21,371 nucleotides of DNA from Tubiluchus corallicola (taxonomy: Eukaryota > Animalia > Priapulida). The notes below the pieces were generated by a model that ran no database searches, had not been told where the DNA came from, and worked only from the letters and a program-made list of their open reading frames with translations. Below are positions 1-21,371 of the stretch, in pieces. Numbering within the stretch: position 1 is the stretch's first letter; each line of letters starts with the position of its first letter. The translations under genes were made by a program, and so were the position numbers. The stretch spans positions 1-21,371 of the forward strand of contig JAQGDQ010001910.1 in assembly GCA_030141605.1 (NCBI GenBank), in the 5' to 3' direction.

Positions 1-380
1 CCCCTGTCAAAATTTGCGCCCCCCTGCAAAATCGGACAAATAATTTTTTTTGCAGTGAAAATTGCAGTTCGCATGTAATCATTTTCAATATGAATTAGAA
101 TTAGGTAAAAAAATGTTTGGTAGCTTCAGTGTATTATTTTCTTAAAACTTGTGTGTGATAAATTTCTGTAAATAACAATTTAGTTAGAGGCACATTAATA
201 ACGTTAGGTTAACTGAGAGTTAATTTTCTCATTATTGCTCTGTCCGCTACGCCGTCCTACACACATGCTAATTATAGGCCTGCATGCAGTATAAAAGGGG
301 TTAAAAATTGGCTTAACCATTATTTAACCACTTCGGATACCTCGCCCCCCCCCTGCTTGCCACATCTAGTTCCGCCCCTG
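1..380. mobile_element. hAT-type MITE family A (copy in left arm, cut by window edge)
   Basis: Ends in ctagttccgcccctg; mirror of 1477-1856. Confidence 0.85.
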
Positions 381-450
381 CTCAAAATGGGCTATGAATG
401 AAGCTATGCTGATCTGCACCAGAAGAATATAGAAGTAAACAGTCACTCAC

Positions 451-480
451 CAGTATCACTAGCAGATACCAGGTAGACAT
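451..480 (-). CDS. Mirror copy of exon 1 (MSTWYLLVIL) of a divergently transcribed paralog continuing off the left edge
   Basis: Exact reverse complement of 1377-1406, with donor (actcac 445-450) and TATA (582-588) intact, inside the left palindrome arm. Confidence 0.65.
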
Positions 481-952
481 CTTGTAATCACTGTGTGGAT
501 GTAATCACTAAAAGAACACAGAAACTACTGAGGACCGATTGTTGATAGTAAACAGAAATGCCATCAGATCGAAGTTGCAGGCTTTATAAGATCGAGAAAA
601 TAGGCTGCCCTAGAATTGAAACAGAAATTGAAGGGCTCGTATAGATGCATGGCCTCTGGGCAGCACTGCTGGACATGTTGACGGTCAGACATTTCATTGG
701 AATTTTTTCGCTAAACGCTTGTAATACCTTTCCCATAGCCGTGAACTAATTTTTCGATTTTATAACTGATTTCTGTTTAGCTGATATTTGAATCGACGCT
801 TGAACGCTGACCCAAATTCTATAAGCTATTTTATCGTTTTATTTATCAGCCCTACAGCATTGCATTTTCATTACTTTCGCTTAGCGTTGCAGCGATGTAG
901 GCCTATATTTTGAGACAGGCCTAACTTACCGCCCCCACGAGGTATTTACTAC

Positions 953-994
953 TTAACCCTTTCATACCCGTTGTATCCCATGGTATATGAAAAT
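953..994. mobile_element. Solo piggyBac-type terminus (TTAA + CCCTTTCATACCCGTTGTATCCC)
   Basis: 23-bp perfect (about 34/38) reverse complement of the right end of the MITE at 14034-14071, preceded by TTAA at 953-956. Confidence 0.85.
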
Positions 995-1268
995 GCAATG
1001 CTGTAGGGCTGATAAATAAAACGATAAAATAGCTTATAGAATTTGGGTCAGCGTTCAAGCGTCGATTCAAATATCAGCTAAACAGAAATCAGTTATAAAA
1101 TCGAAAATTTAGTTCACGGCTGTGGGAAAGTATTACAAGCGTTTAGCGAAAAAATTCCAATGAAATGTCTGACCGTCAACATGTCCAGCAGTGCTGCCCA
1201 GAGGCCATGCATCTATACGAGCCCTTCAATTTCTGTTTCAATTCTAGGGCAGCCTATTTTCTCGATCT

Positions 1269-1302
1269 TATAAAGCCTGCAACTTCGATCTGATGGCATT
1301 TC
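1269..1302 (+). promoter_or_regulatory. TATA box (TATAAAG, 1269) and Inr-like GCATTT (putative TSS about 1298) of the pentraxin-like gene
   Basis: Canonical 29-nt TATA-to-Inr spacing, about 80 nt upstream of the ATG. Confidence 0.6.
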
Positions 1303-1376
1303 TGTTTACTATCAACAATCGGTCCTCAGTAGTTTCTGTGTTCTTTTAGTGATTACATCCACACAGTGATTACAAG

Positions 1377-12465
<11,089 letters not shown>

Positions 12466-12555
12466 TTCAGCATTTGGCTGGTAAAATGGTTCAAATCGGA
12501 TTTAGATTCGGCAGTGGCCATTGAATTTATTGGGTTATTAAACGGAAACAAATTT

Positions 12556-12561
12556 AATAAA
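12556..12561 (+). terminator. Polyadenylation signal AATAAA of the pentraxin-like gene
   Basis: First AATAAA about 90 nt after the stop, followed by GT/T-rich sequence. Confidence 0.5.
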
Positions 12562-13106
12562 TTTTGGTTCTTGTTCGAAAGATCAAACATGTGTAATTTC
12601 TGATGTAACTCATAAAAGGGAAAACTTATTGTACAAGACGGGAAATCTGGGCACATAGTGCACCATTCCCATTTCATTGGGAGCTAAGTAGAGGAAACCT
12701 TTGAACTGCATTCTTGCCATAGGTGGCTGGTAGATCTGTTTAATTTTATAATTATGTATTTAGTAACTCAAACTTGCTAATAACTACTGTACACTTGGAA
12801 CTGCTTATGTTCCATTGTTCCATTGCTTCGCTCCATACTCTCAGTTTTTAACTTTACTCACTAACCTTGGTCAAATTCCCCTGTTAATAAGACCCCATTT
12901 GAAACTACTACATATAATAATCCTAATTACTCAATAATTGTATTGTTTTGTTTAGATTTTGATATCCAACTTTATTATTCTTTTGTTTTCAGTTCTTTTT
13001 GGATAATTTGTATCATTTATACTGTTTTTATTATCATTTTTTCTTTTTTGTTTTTGTTATCTACAGCAACGCCGTTAATTTTTAATATACTAATCTAATT
13101 ATAAGA

Positions 13107-13150
13107 CAGGGCAGGAGACTAGATGACCCTATGGTCCTTCCCTGCCCTGC
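13107..13150 (+). mobile_element. CR1/L2-type LINE 3' terminal stem-loop remnant
   Basis: agggcagg-agactagatgaccctatggtccttc-cctgccct resembles the conserved CR1 3' end GGACTAGATGA...GGTCCCTTCC. Confidence 0.55.
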
Positions 13151-13738
13151 TCCATGATTATAATTACTTAATATTTAAAAAACTTTTGATGTTAAACTAA
13201 TTTGACGTTTAGCCAGCATAGACATAGACATAGACATACAACATTTATTTTCTCCATGTCTATGCTGGCTAATTTTTGGGTAAGCCAATGATTTTTTTAT
13301 TTGGGTTCACCATCAGTCGATAAAATAACAAAACTCCCTTACAAAACTTTGAAAAAGGCTGTGCAGAATTGTTGAATATAAGCCAGAAGTGATTGGATTA
13401 GGTGGTTAATTGTTTATTCAAAAAAATAAAACACAAAGAGTAAATCGATCACGAAACCGCGAAGAGCAAATCAACGCACGCACAATCAATGCGGGAAATC
13501 TTTAATCGTACGAGCTAGAACATCACAACAAAGGTTTCATTTTCAGTAATACAGGTTTATAAAGCAGGTAAACGAGTCGAAAAGTTATTATTTAAACCTC
13601 AGATACCTATATTATATCCAGCATCGTGTGGAAAATTGACTAGTAACTAATGCATGATTAACTCTCGTTAGGGGTTCCAAGGAAAGTTGTAGTTCTTGTC
13701 CTAAACGTTCTGGATAGAAAGTTCTGAGTACCCTTTAA

Positions 13739-14071
13739 CCCTTTCAGTCCCGACTTTTTTAAAAACACAACAAAAGCAAAAAATGAGCTTCATTTTGCAA
13801 CAGTTGATAATTTTTTAAAGTATTTAAGACATTTAGTATGCACGCTATGCTGATCTGTACAAAGTAGTCCCTAAAGTACTGTACCTTGCGGAGTTTTTTA
13901 TGCTATGTAGATTTTCTAGTTTGCCATTTTATCACCAATTTTAGTCTATTGTTATTGGCTTATATCAAAATAACTATTAACAGATCAAATAAATGTCAGT
14001 TTTAAAGTTTTATTAATTTTAAAGGCAGAAAATATTCTCATATCCCCCGGGATACAACGGGTATGAAAGGG
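13739..14071. mobile_element. Non-autonomous piggyBac-type MITE, complete (333 bp)
   Basis: TTAA on both sides (13735-13738, 14072-14075); TIR CCCTTTCA / TGAAAGGG. Confidence 0.92.
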
Positions 14072-14145
14072 TTAAGGTCTATACTAACCGTTTCAAATAA
14101 TTGTAAAATAACCAAAAAAAGATTGTCATTTTGTCTTTAAACTAA

Positions 14146-14499
14146 TGGTGCGTTCATACTAGCGAGTTTTCTGTCGTGAGTTTTCTCTCGGACAGCAAGC
14201 TCGCAAGTGTGAAATGCTTGGCGAGTTACTGTTGGCAAGTTGTTGTCCAACAGTTGCCGCGAGTTGGTTTCCTGCGAGTTACTGTCTAGTGTGAACGCCT
14301 CGACGAGTTACTCTCGGCACTTCTTGTCAGCTCGTGTTTGCTGTTGGAGAGTAACTCGCAGCATATTTACTCTTTATTCTGAATACGCCTTCGAGTTATT
14401 TGGCGGGAAAACTCTCTGCGCCGCAAGTCTCACGTCCAAGAAACTTGACATACTGTAGCCATTAACTTTGAGTCGTATTATACAATCTGAACGTAGCTT
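14146..14499. mobile_element. PIF/Harbinger-like MITE remnant
   Basis: TAA + ggtgcgttcatactag, internal inverted ctagtgtgaacgc (about 14286), repeated gcgagtt motifs, end tgaacgtagct + TTA. Confidence 0.5.
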
Positions 14500-15930
14500 T
14501 AAAATTCCTATATATAATTCTGTGTTACAAAGTAGTTGAACAAACCTTTTCACAGTTTCGTTGTGCGCACGCGCAGGTCAAAGGTGAAGTGTACCACAGC
14601 AACGCGTCTTAGCTACAACAGTCACGTGGCATATGAGTAAAGCAAAGCCTAGTTGAGTAACGTCAGTTGTTTTTCGTGGACTTTTCTTAATTATCCATTA
14701 GTCTATGTGGAATCTTGCTTAGGAACAAGAAAAAAATGAACTATAGCTTCCATTTTTTATATTACCATTATAATAGCATGGCCTGCGAGCCGTTGTCAAG
14801 TGTACACAAATGTGTTGTCTGGTACACATAACCTTTGACCTTTCCACGATCATCATCAATCACTGGAACTGTGAAAATTCTTTTTAATTTCACTAATTAG
14901 ATTATCTAACATAGGACAATCTAACAAGCCCTGCTTTTTGATTGCCCGCAACACATTTACCTTCGTATATAGGTGAACAGTGTTTGAGGCTTTTCCTGTG
15001 CAGTATTTCTTATTTGTATTATGTTCATTGTAGGCCCTTTCACTAGATATTGTACATGAAACATATTGTACACGATATAGTAAATGTGTCATGTGAAATT
15101 AATGACTTATGAATGCCAGAATCCTTTTAATTTCGTGGGTGTGTCAAACTCATTAAAGGTTGACATTCTATAAACATTGTTCCTATATATTATTACTATT
15201 ATTTTATTGTTACTATTATTGTTTATTACATGCATGAAACGTAAAATAATGTAGTTTTTTGTTATCATTTAATTGTTTAAAAAACAGTTAGATATCACCC
15301 TATTATGATATCAGGAGAAAAGACTGATTAGTGGTTTAACATAATCAATGGGTTTCGACTTGTTCACATTAAAGCAGTACAGCTTGTTAGAACATTTTTG
15401 TTTTGATGCATAAACAATGAAACTGCAAACTCATTAACTGCAAAAAGTGAGAAAACCTTGTCATTTTCATCTGAATTTGCTATTATCATGACGTCAGCAG
15501 CTTGTGTGAAGCGAATCGTTCCGTTGCTGCATTTGTAGAATGTTCTCGAGTGGCGGAATGATGTCAGCCATAATTGACATTAATTTTACACTTTTATTCT
15601 TGCAGTTCGTTCTATTTCTGACAGAATATCGGAAAAATATTTTTCAGTAATTGCAACAACTGTGATAGTAGTAAAATATGAAGTCTTTTTACTGTGTTGC
15701 TTGATTATAGAATCTGCCAATGATAAATGCTAAATTAATGAAAATAATAATACTATTTTTATATTACGCATTTTGGTCCAAAAACAATATTTGGCTCATT
15801 TGCGTTGTTCGAAGTTAATGTATGTATTATAACCCTGAATTAGCATAATTGTTTTTACATTAAATTTTATTCTGACTTTGTTAAAGCGGTGTTAATCGAC
15901 ACTATAATTGTTTTAAAGTTCACTGTTTGA

Positions 15931-16378
15931 CAGTGCATATGTACAGATACCTACTGTACAGTGCATACGTACAGATACCTACTGTACAGTGCATACGTAC
16001 AGATACCTACTGTACAGTGCATACGTACAGATACTTACTGTACAGTGCATACGTAGAGATACTTACTGTACAATGCATACGTACAGATACCTGCTGTACA
16101 GTGCATACGTAGAGATACTTACTGTACAATGCATACGTACAGATACCTGCTGTACAGTGCATACGTACAGATACTTACTGTACAGTGCATACGCACAGAT
16201 ACCTACTGTACAGTGCATATGTACAGATACCTACTGTACAGTGCATATGTACAAATACTTACTGTACAGAGCATACGTCCAGATACTTACTGTACAGTGC
16301 ATATGTACAGATACCTACTGTACAGTACATGCGTACAGATACCTACTGTACAGTGCATACGTACAGATACTTACTGTA
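15931..16378. repeat. 28-bp minisatellite, about 16 copies (cagtgcatacgtacagatacYtactgta)
   Basis: Period of 28 seen directly. Confidence 0.96.
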
Positions 16379-16570
16379 GTTAAATTGTTTGTTATTGCAG
16401 TAATAAAATTATCATGAATTGCATAAAATATTTTACGTTGTATTTATTGCGTTGTCTTATGCGACGAACTATCCATTCTTCGTTTTGGAAGGGCAAATTG
16501 TTGGCCTGAGTCAAACTAGGCCGTATCTGCTTGTGGGGAACCTACTACACAACGTGGTGACATTATAGTG

Positions 16571-16660
16571 TACAGTAAGTCCTCACTTAACGACTCCCCG
16601 TTCAGCGATGTTTCGTTTTAACGACGCTGTTTTGCTTTGCATAAAGTCAATTCTTATTTT
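16571..16660. mobile_element. Tc1/mariner-pogo (Tigger-like) terminal fragment
   Basis: TA + cagtaagtcctcacttaacg with repeated aacga motifs; second TIR not seen. Confidence 0.45.
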
Positions 16661-16795
16661 ATCAACACCATTTTTACTTAATTTGATGCCTAAGACAGTA
16701 CACATTGCATTATTCTGTTCTACAAATACACTCGTTGTTGTGGAGATCGCTGGCATCTATTAGAATTAAATAGAAGATTGGAGGCTTCATTTTTA

Positions 16796-17237
16796 TACAA
16801 TCATACCTGTGTTGTCGAACGTCTCCGTACTCGTACAAATCGGTTTTCGACCAGAATATTCAAGCTGAAATTGTCTCTACTCTCGACCAGAATTTCGGTA
16901 CTCGACCAACCGCCAAACACGTGATGAACGCATGCACGGCGAGCCGAGTAGAGCCCGAGAGTAACCGATCATGCCCGAGAGTAGTCACTCACAAGATTTG
17001 AATCGCCTAACATCGCTAAGTGCTTTCTGTGCTTAGTTTTCTCCACTTTTTCATGCAGGAATAATTATGTTTTTCGTATCAATTATATCATATCTACTGT
17101 TTGAATAAACATTTTGGCATTATTATATTTTGTTTTAGTAATACTTTACAGTTTATTTGGTGCTTGAAAATGGATTATTTGCTTTTACATTATTTCTTAT
17201 GGGAATAAATGATTCGGTTCTCAAGCAAATCGGTTTC
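16796..17237. mobile_element. Tc1/mariner-pogo-like non-autonomous element, right end truncated at the minisatellite
   Basis: TA-caatcatacct start, repeated ctcgacc/tcggtt motifs, and ttacattatttcttatggga subterminal block typical of Tigger-like MITEs (from memory). Confidence 0.5.
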
Positions 17238-17239
17238 AG

Positions 17240-18285
17240 TGGTTGTTTGTGTCGTGATGTCGTTGCTGGTGGTGGTTTGTGTCTTCAGTGATGTTCGCTT
17301 GCCTTCTGGTCGTTTGTTTATGGTGTGTTGATGTCGTGTTGTCTTTAGTGAGGCATCTTCTAGTGGTGGTTTATGTCACGTTGTCTAAAGTGCTGTTGGT
17401 TTGTCTTCTGGTCGTGGTTTGTGTCGTGTTGTCTTTAGTGTTGCATCTTCTAGTGGTGGTTTGTGTCACGTTGTCTACAGTGCTGTTGGTTTGCCTTCTG
17501 GTAGTGGTTTGTGTCGTGTTGTCTACAGTGCTGTTGGTTTGTCTTCTGGTCGTGGTTTGTGTCGTGTTGTCTTTAGTGTTGCATCTTCTAGTGGTGGTTT
17601 ATGTTACGTTGTCTACAGTGCTGTTGGTTTGTCTTCTGGTCGTGGTTTGTGTCGTGTTGTCTTTAGTGTTGCATCTTCTAGTGGTGGTTTGTGTCACGTT
17701 GTCTACAGTGCTGTTGGTTTGTCTTCTGGTAGTGGTTTGTGTCGTGTTGTCTACAGTGCTGCATCTTCTAGTGGAGGTTTATGTCACGTTGTCTACATTG
17801 ATGTTGGTTTGTCTTCTGGTAATGGTTTGTGTCGTGTTGTCTTTAGTGTTGCATCTTCTAGTGGTGGTTTATGTTACGTTGTCTACATTGATGTTGGTTT
17901 GTCTTCTGGTAATGGTTTGTGTCGTGTTGTCTACAGTGCTGTTGGTTTGTCTTCTGGTCGTGGTTTGTGTCGTGTTGTCTTTAGTGTTGCATCTTCTAGT
18001 GGTGGTTTATGTCACGTGGTCTACAGTGCTGTTGGTTTGTCTTCTGGTCGTGGTTTGTGTTGTGTTGTCTTTAGTGCTGCATCTTCTAGTGGTGGTTTAT
18101 GTCACGTTGTCTACATTGACGTTTGTTTGTCTTCTGGTAATGGTTTGTGTCGTGTTGTCTACAGTGCTGTTGGTTTGTCTTCTGGTAGTGGTTTGTGTCG
18201 TGTTGTCTTTAGTGTTGCATCTTCTAGTGGTGGTTTATGTCACGTGGTCTACAGTGCTGTTGATTTGTCTTCTTGTTGTGTCAAC
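17240..18285. repeat. GT-rich minisatellite of interspersed 42-bp and 48-bp units (often a 90-bp dimer)
   Basis: Units ggtttgtgtcgtgttgtctttagtgttgcatcttctagtggt (42) and ggtttRtgtcacgttgtctacagtgctgttggtttgtcttctggtNgt (48). Confidence 0.95.
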
Positions 18286-18293
18286 TTTTTTCA

Positions 18294-19172
18294 TCACCCA
18301 CCTTCATTTTTCCTAAATAAAAGCTTTTTGAAGCTCATTTTAAATTCTCTGCTTGAGAATGCATATATAACTGGATTAACGGCACTATTGGCGAAGCCGA
18401 GCGCAAATAGAATACTCGAAGCTTCGTGGGTCCATGCATAATAATCTGTACAATAACCCCAGGTTTCGTACACATACGCAGGTCCCCAGCAGAGGACAAA
18501 AGCGAAGGTGACAATGGCTAGGGTTTTTGTTGCCTTCGTTTGAACCACGCTTGTGTTGCCTCCTTGGCTTTGGCTGTGAATCTGCAGGACTTGCTTCCTT
18601 GCGATTCTCCAGATCAACGCATACAAGACAAAGATCACGAGCATCGGCAAGCAGAAGGCTATAATGACGTCGGATATCATCACGTTGAACATGCCATACA
18701 TATCTGTCAACACACAGACAACACTTGCCTCAGCAATGGCGATGAACCAGATGAACCAAAGTGCCACAATGATGGCAGTCTTGGTCACAACAACTGAGTA
18801 CTTGAATGGATAGGTGACACCTACGTATCTTTCAGCAGCAATTACACACAAGTGAAATGCACTCGCATTTACCATTGCGTACATGAAACTGCACCTTATC
18901 ACCGGGAACACTGTGTCACCGTGAAGGGCTTGTTGACTGAACAATCCTGCAATCTCAATCGGTGAAAAAAAACCAACTGCTAAATCTGTTATGGCCAGCG
19001 AGGCAATAAGAGCGTTAGTTTTTGTTTGTAAAATCGGATATTTGTAGATTGCGATCAACACTAAGAGATTTCCCGGGATTATAAGGATAAGTGACAATCC
19101 ATAAATAAAGACTGTCACTATAAGTCCACGTTTCTCTAAATTGGCCCAGTCACTTGTTGTATGATTTAACAT
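18294..19172 (-). CDS. Intronless orphan rhodopsin-family (class A) GPCR, amine/adenosine-receptor-like
   Basis: Seven hydrophobic segments; GN (TM1), SLAITD (TM2), ERY (TM3), FCLP (TM5), CWGP (TM6), NSAVNPVIY (TM7), helix 8 REFKMSFKKLL; N-terminal NHT sequon; in-frame stop upstream of the ATG. Confidence 0.95.
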   Translation of the reverse strand: MLNHTTSDWANLEKRGLIVTVFIYGLSLILIIPGNLLVLIAIYKYPILQTKTNALIASLAITDLAVGFFSPIEIAGLFSQQALHGDTVFPVIRCSFMYAMVNASAFHLCVIAAERYVGVTYPFKYSVVVTKTAIIVALWFIWFIAIAEASVVCVLTDMYGMFNVMISDVIIAFCLPMLVIFVLYALIWRIARKQVLQIHSQSQGGNTSVVQTKATKTLAIVTFAFVLCWGPAYVYETWGYCTDYYAWTHEASSILFALGFANSAVNPVIYAFSSREFKMSFKKLLFRKNEGG

Positions 19173-19447
19173 GTTAATTGTATCATTAACTTAATTAGTG
19201 AAATCGGAAAAATGTAGTCCTAAATGAGAGCCGCGTAGATGAAAAAGTCATTAGTTTTGTTGTCATTATTGTTTTCAGAACGTTCGCTGCACTTAGCTTC
19301 AAACATGTCGCGAAAATGCGAAATAAACTTCTCCCCTTTCAAATCGTTAAGCTTCTTTTTGCGAAATGCAGCTAAAAACCTGCAGTTTAAATTATCACCA
19401 TCGCCATTACGACTTCCAAAACGGCACTCCGCAAATTTTGCATTAAT

Positions 19448-19540
19448 AGTCGAGCCAACACTTCTGCGCATGCGCTAGCACACTGCCGCGGCTAGCAGTC
19501 GAGCCAACACTTCGGCGCATGCGCTACCTCTCTGCCGCTA
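19448..19540. promoter_or_regulatory. 49-bp tandem duplication, each copy with palindromic GCGCATGCGC (NRF1/Ewg-type motif)
   Basis: Motifs at 19466-19475 and 19515-19524 in a CpG-rich patch about 300 bp upstream of the GPCR ATG. Confidence 0.45.
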
Positions 19541-20819
19541 TCACGGTGATGAATCGTTTGTCTCAGAGAACATAATTTGCTCAGCTACCGTGATACTGGT
19601 GATTAGAGTTTGGCAGTAAAGTGCTGCATATCTACCCATTCCATCCTAATTACCTTCCATATAACATGGGCAATATGATATTTATACTATCCAACAATTC
19701 GAGCAAATGTATTATTAGCGTTGCTGTTAGGTGCGCTATAAAACAATTACAACTTGATTCAATTACCTGGAACTGTCTTTCTCATTTTTGAAGATGAACC
19801 ATACAAGAGAGAATCGTGGAGTTTACGGTCTCATTGTATATGAGATGCTTGTAGGGCAGGGCTTGACCACTCCAGATGGCAATGACCACCAGCTGATGCA
19901 CATCTTCATAGTATTTAAGCCTGCCGAAGACATTGACTAAGTAAGACACTCAGTGTGTTGTACTAAAGCTAGGAAAGTTTTAATATAAAAATTCTTATTT
20001 TATATTGACCACTGTGCTCACTCTAGAGCTGTAGTTCGTCACAAACTGACACATCTGAACTGAGAAGTACAGCACCTGTTGTTTGTGCAATGCGTTTCCG
20101 AAAGGCACTAGTGCCCATCTAACTAGCGAATGACGAAATGAATGTAACGGTGAATAACTAGAGGCACAAACGTGAACTTGTGTTTGTGTGATAATAATTC
20201 TTTCACGTAAGTCATTTTTGAAAAAAAATAGCATGTTTCCTTTCAATGTTTTAAAGAGTAGATTGTTTTGACCCACCACAGTTTAAGACTGGATCCGGTT
20301 TCGCTTTAATCAATAAAGTTTGAACATCCAAGTTTTAATATCTTACTCGTCTGTTGCTTGTACAAAAACAATTAAATTCGTTTAGAGTTTAAAGTATAAA
20401 AAAAATAATTAAAAAAGTTTAAAATCGCGGTGAAAAAAGTAAGGATAATCTAGCGGTTATGTCTACTACAAACGTTTAAGTTTTTAAACTATCTACCAAA
20501 ATATTAAAATATGTGTATACATGCTACATATTATGTGATGGCAATATTTCAGTGATTAACCCACCAAGACAGTTTCATCTGTAGTCTTACTATATACATA
20601 TATATTTAGTGCGCTCTGCGCCCTGATGACCTTGATGTAAACGTTTGAAGATTTTTTCCCGAAGTGTTTGGGAAATGAGAATCCTACATCCTACAAGCAG
20701 TAAGTCATTATCAATTGACAGTCGCTAACGAACAGACTAATATTGCCTCAAGCTCAATTGCAAAGCCGATTTACTAATGGGAAATCCATGTCGGACAACA
20801 TTATAAATACGTATTTCTT

Positions 20820-21353
<534 letters not shown>

Positions 21354-21371
21354 AGAGAGTTATAACTGGTA

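Noticed and set aside
13209-13272. 17-bp inverted repeat around (catagA)n
   Set aside because: Probably a tiny inverted LINE-tail insertion (compare aataaa plus tatgtc repeats near 10903-10930); too short to classify.
15927-16417. Repetitive ORFs, and possible CRISPR array given the 28-bp period
   Set aside because: Head-to-tail tandem units with no unique spacers, no cas genes, eukaryotic context; the unit is not a multiple of 3.
17279-18441. 345-aa and 346-aa plus-strand ORFs, one very hydrophobic
   Set aside because: Two frames are open only because the G/T-rich 42/48-bp repeat lacks stops; non-ATG starts; antisense to the GPCR end.
19765-19945. GC-richer stretch that looks exon-like on the minus strand (VNVFGRLKYYEDVHQLVVIAIW...)
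   Set aside because: Stop codon before the candidate donor, no partner exons and no motif I can support.

Overview
AT-rich, repeat-dense animal (probably invertebrate) genomic DNA. Most ORFs in the supplied track are artefacts of microsatellites and minisatellites. Reading splice sites by hand gives a complete 7-exon + strand gene (CDS 1377-1406, 2281-2347, 3767-3920, 7489-7629, 8101-8230, 9334-9573, 12133-12465; 364 aa). It encodes a secreted, strongly divergent pentraxin-like domain followed by a Gly/Asn/Tyr-rich repeat tail. Its promoter, first exon and part of intron 1 are duplicated head-to-head in a ~99.5% identical inverted repeat (1-871 / 987-1856) that runs off the left edge. A piggyBac-type terminus (TTAA-CCCTTTCA) sits at the palindrome junction, and a matching inverted terminus at 14071 brackets the whole gene, which suggests a gene-carrying composite transposon. 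The introns hold two hAT MITE families, a piggyBac MITE, two RTE-type LINE 3' fragments, a tRNA-like element and an inverted Penelope-type repeat with two hammerhead ribozyme cores. On the right are a 28-bp minisatellite, Tc1/pogo-like remnants, a 42/48-bp minisatellite and an intronless orphan class A GPCR (18294-19172, minus strand) that lacks the TM3-ECL2 disulfide. All calls are by-eye and no database searches were run.
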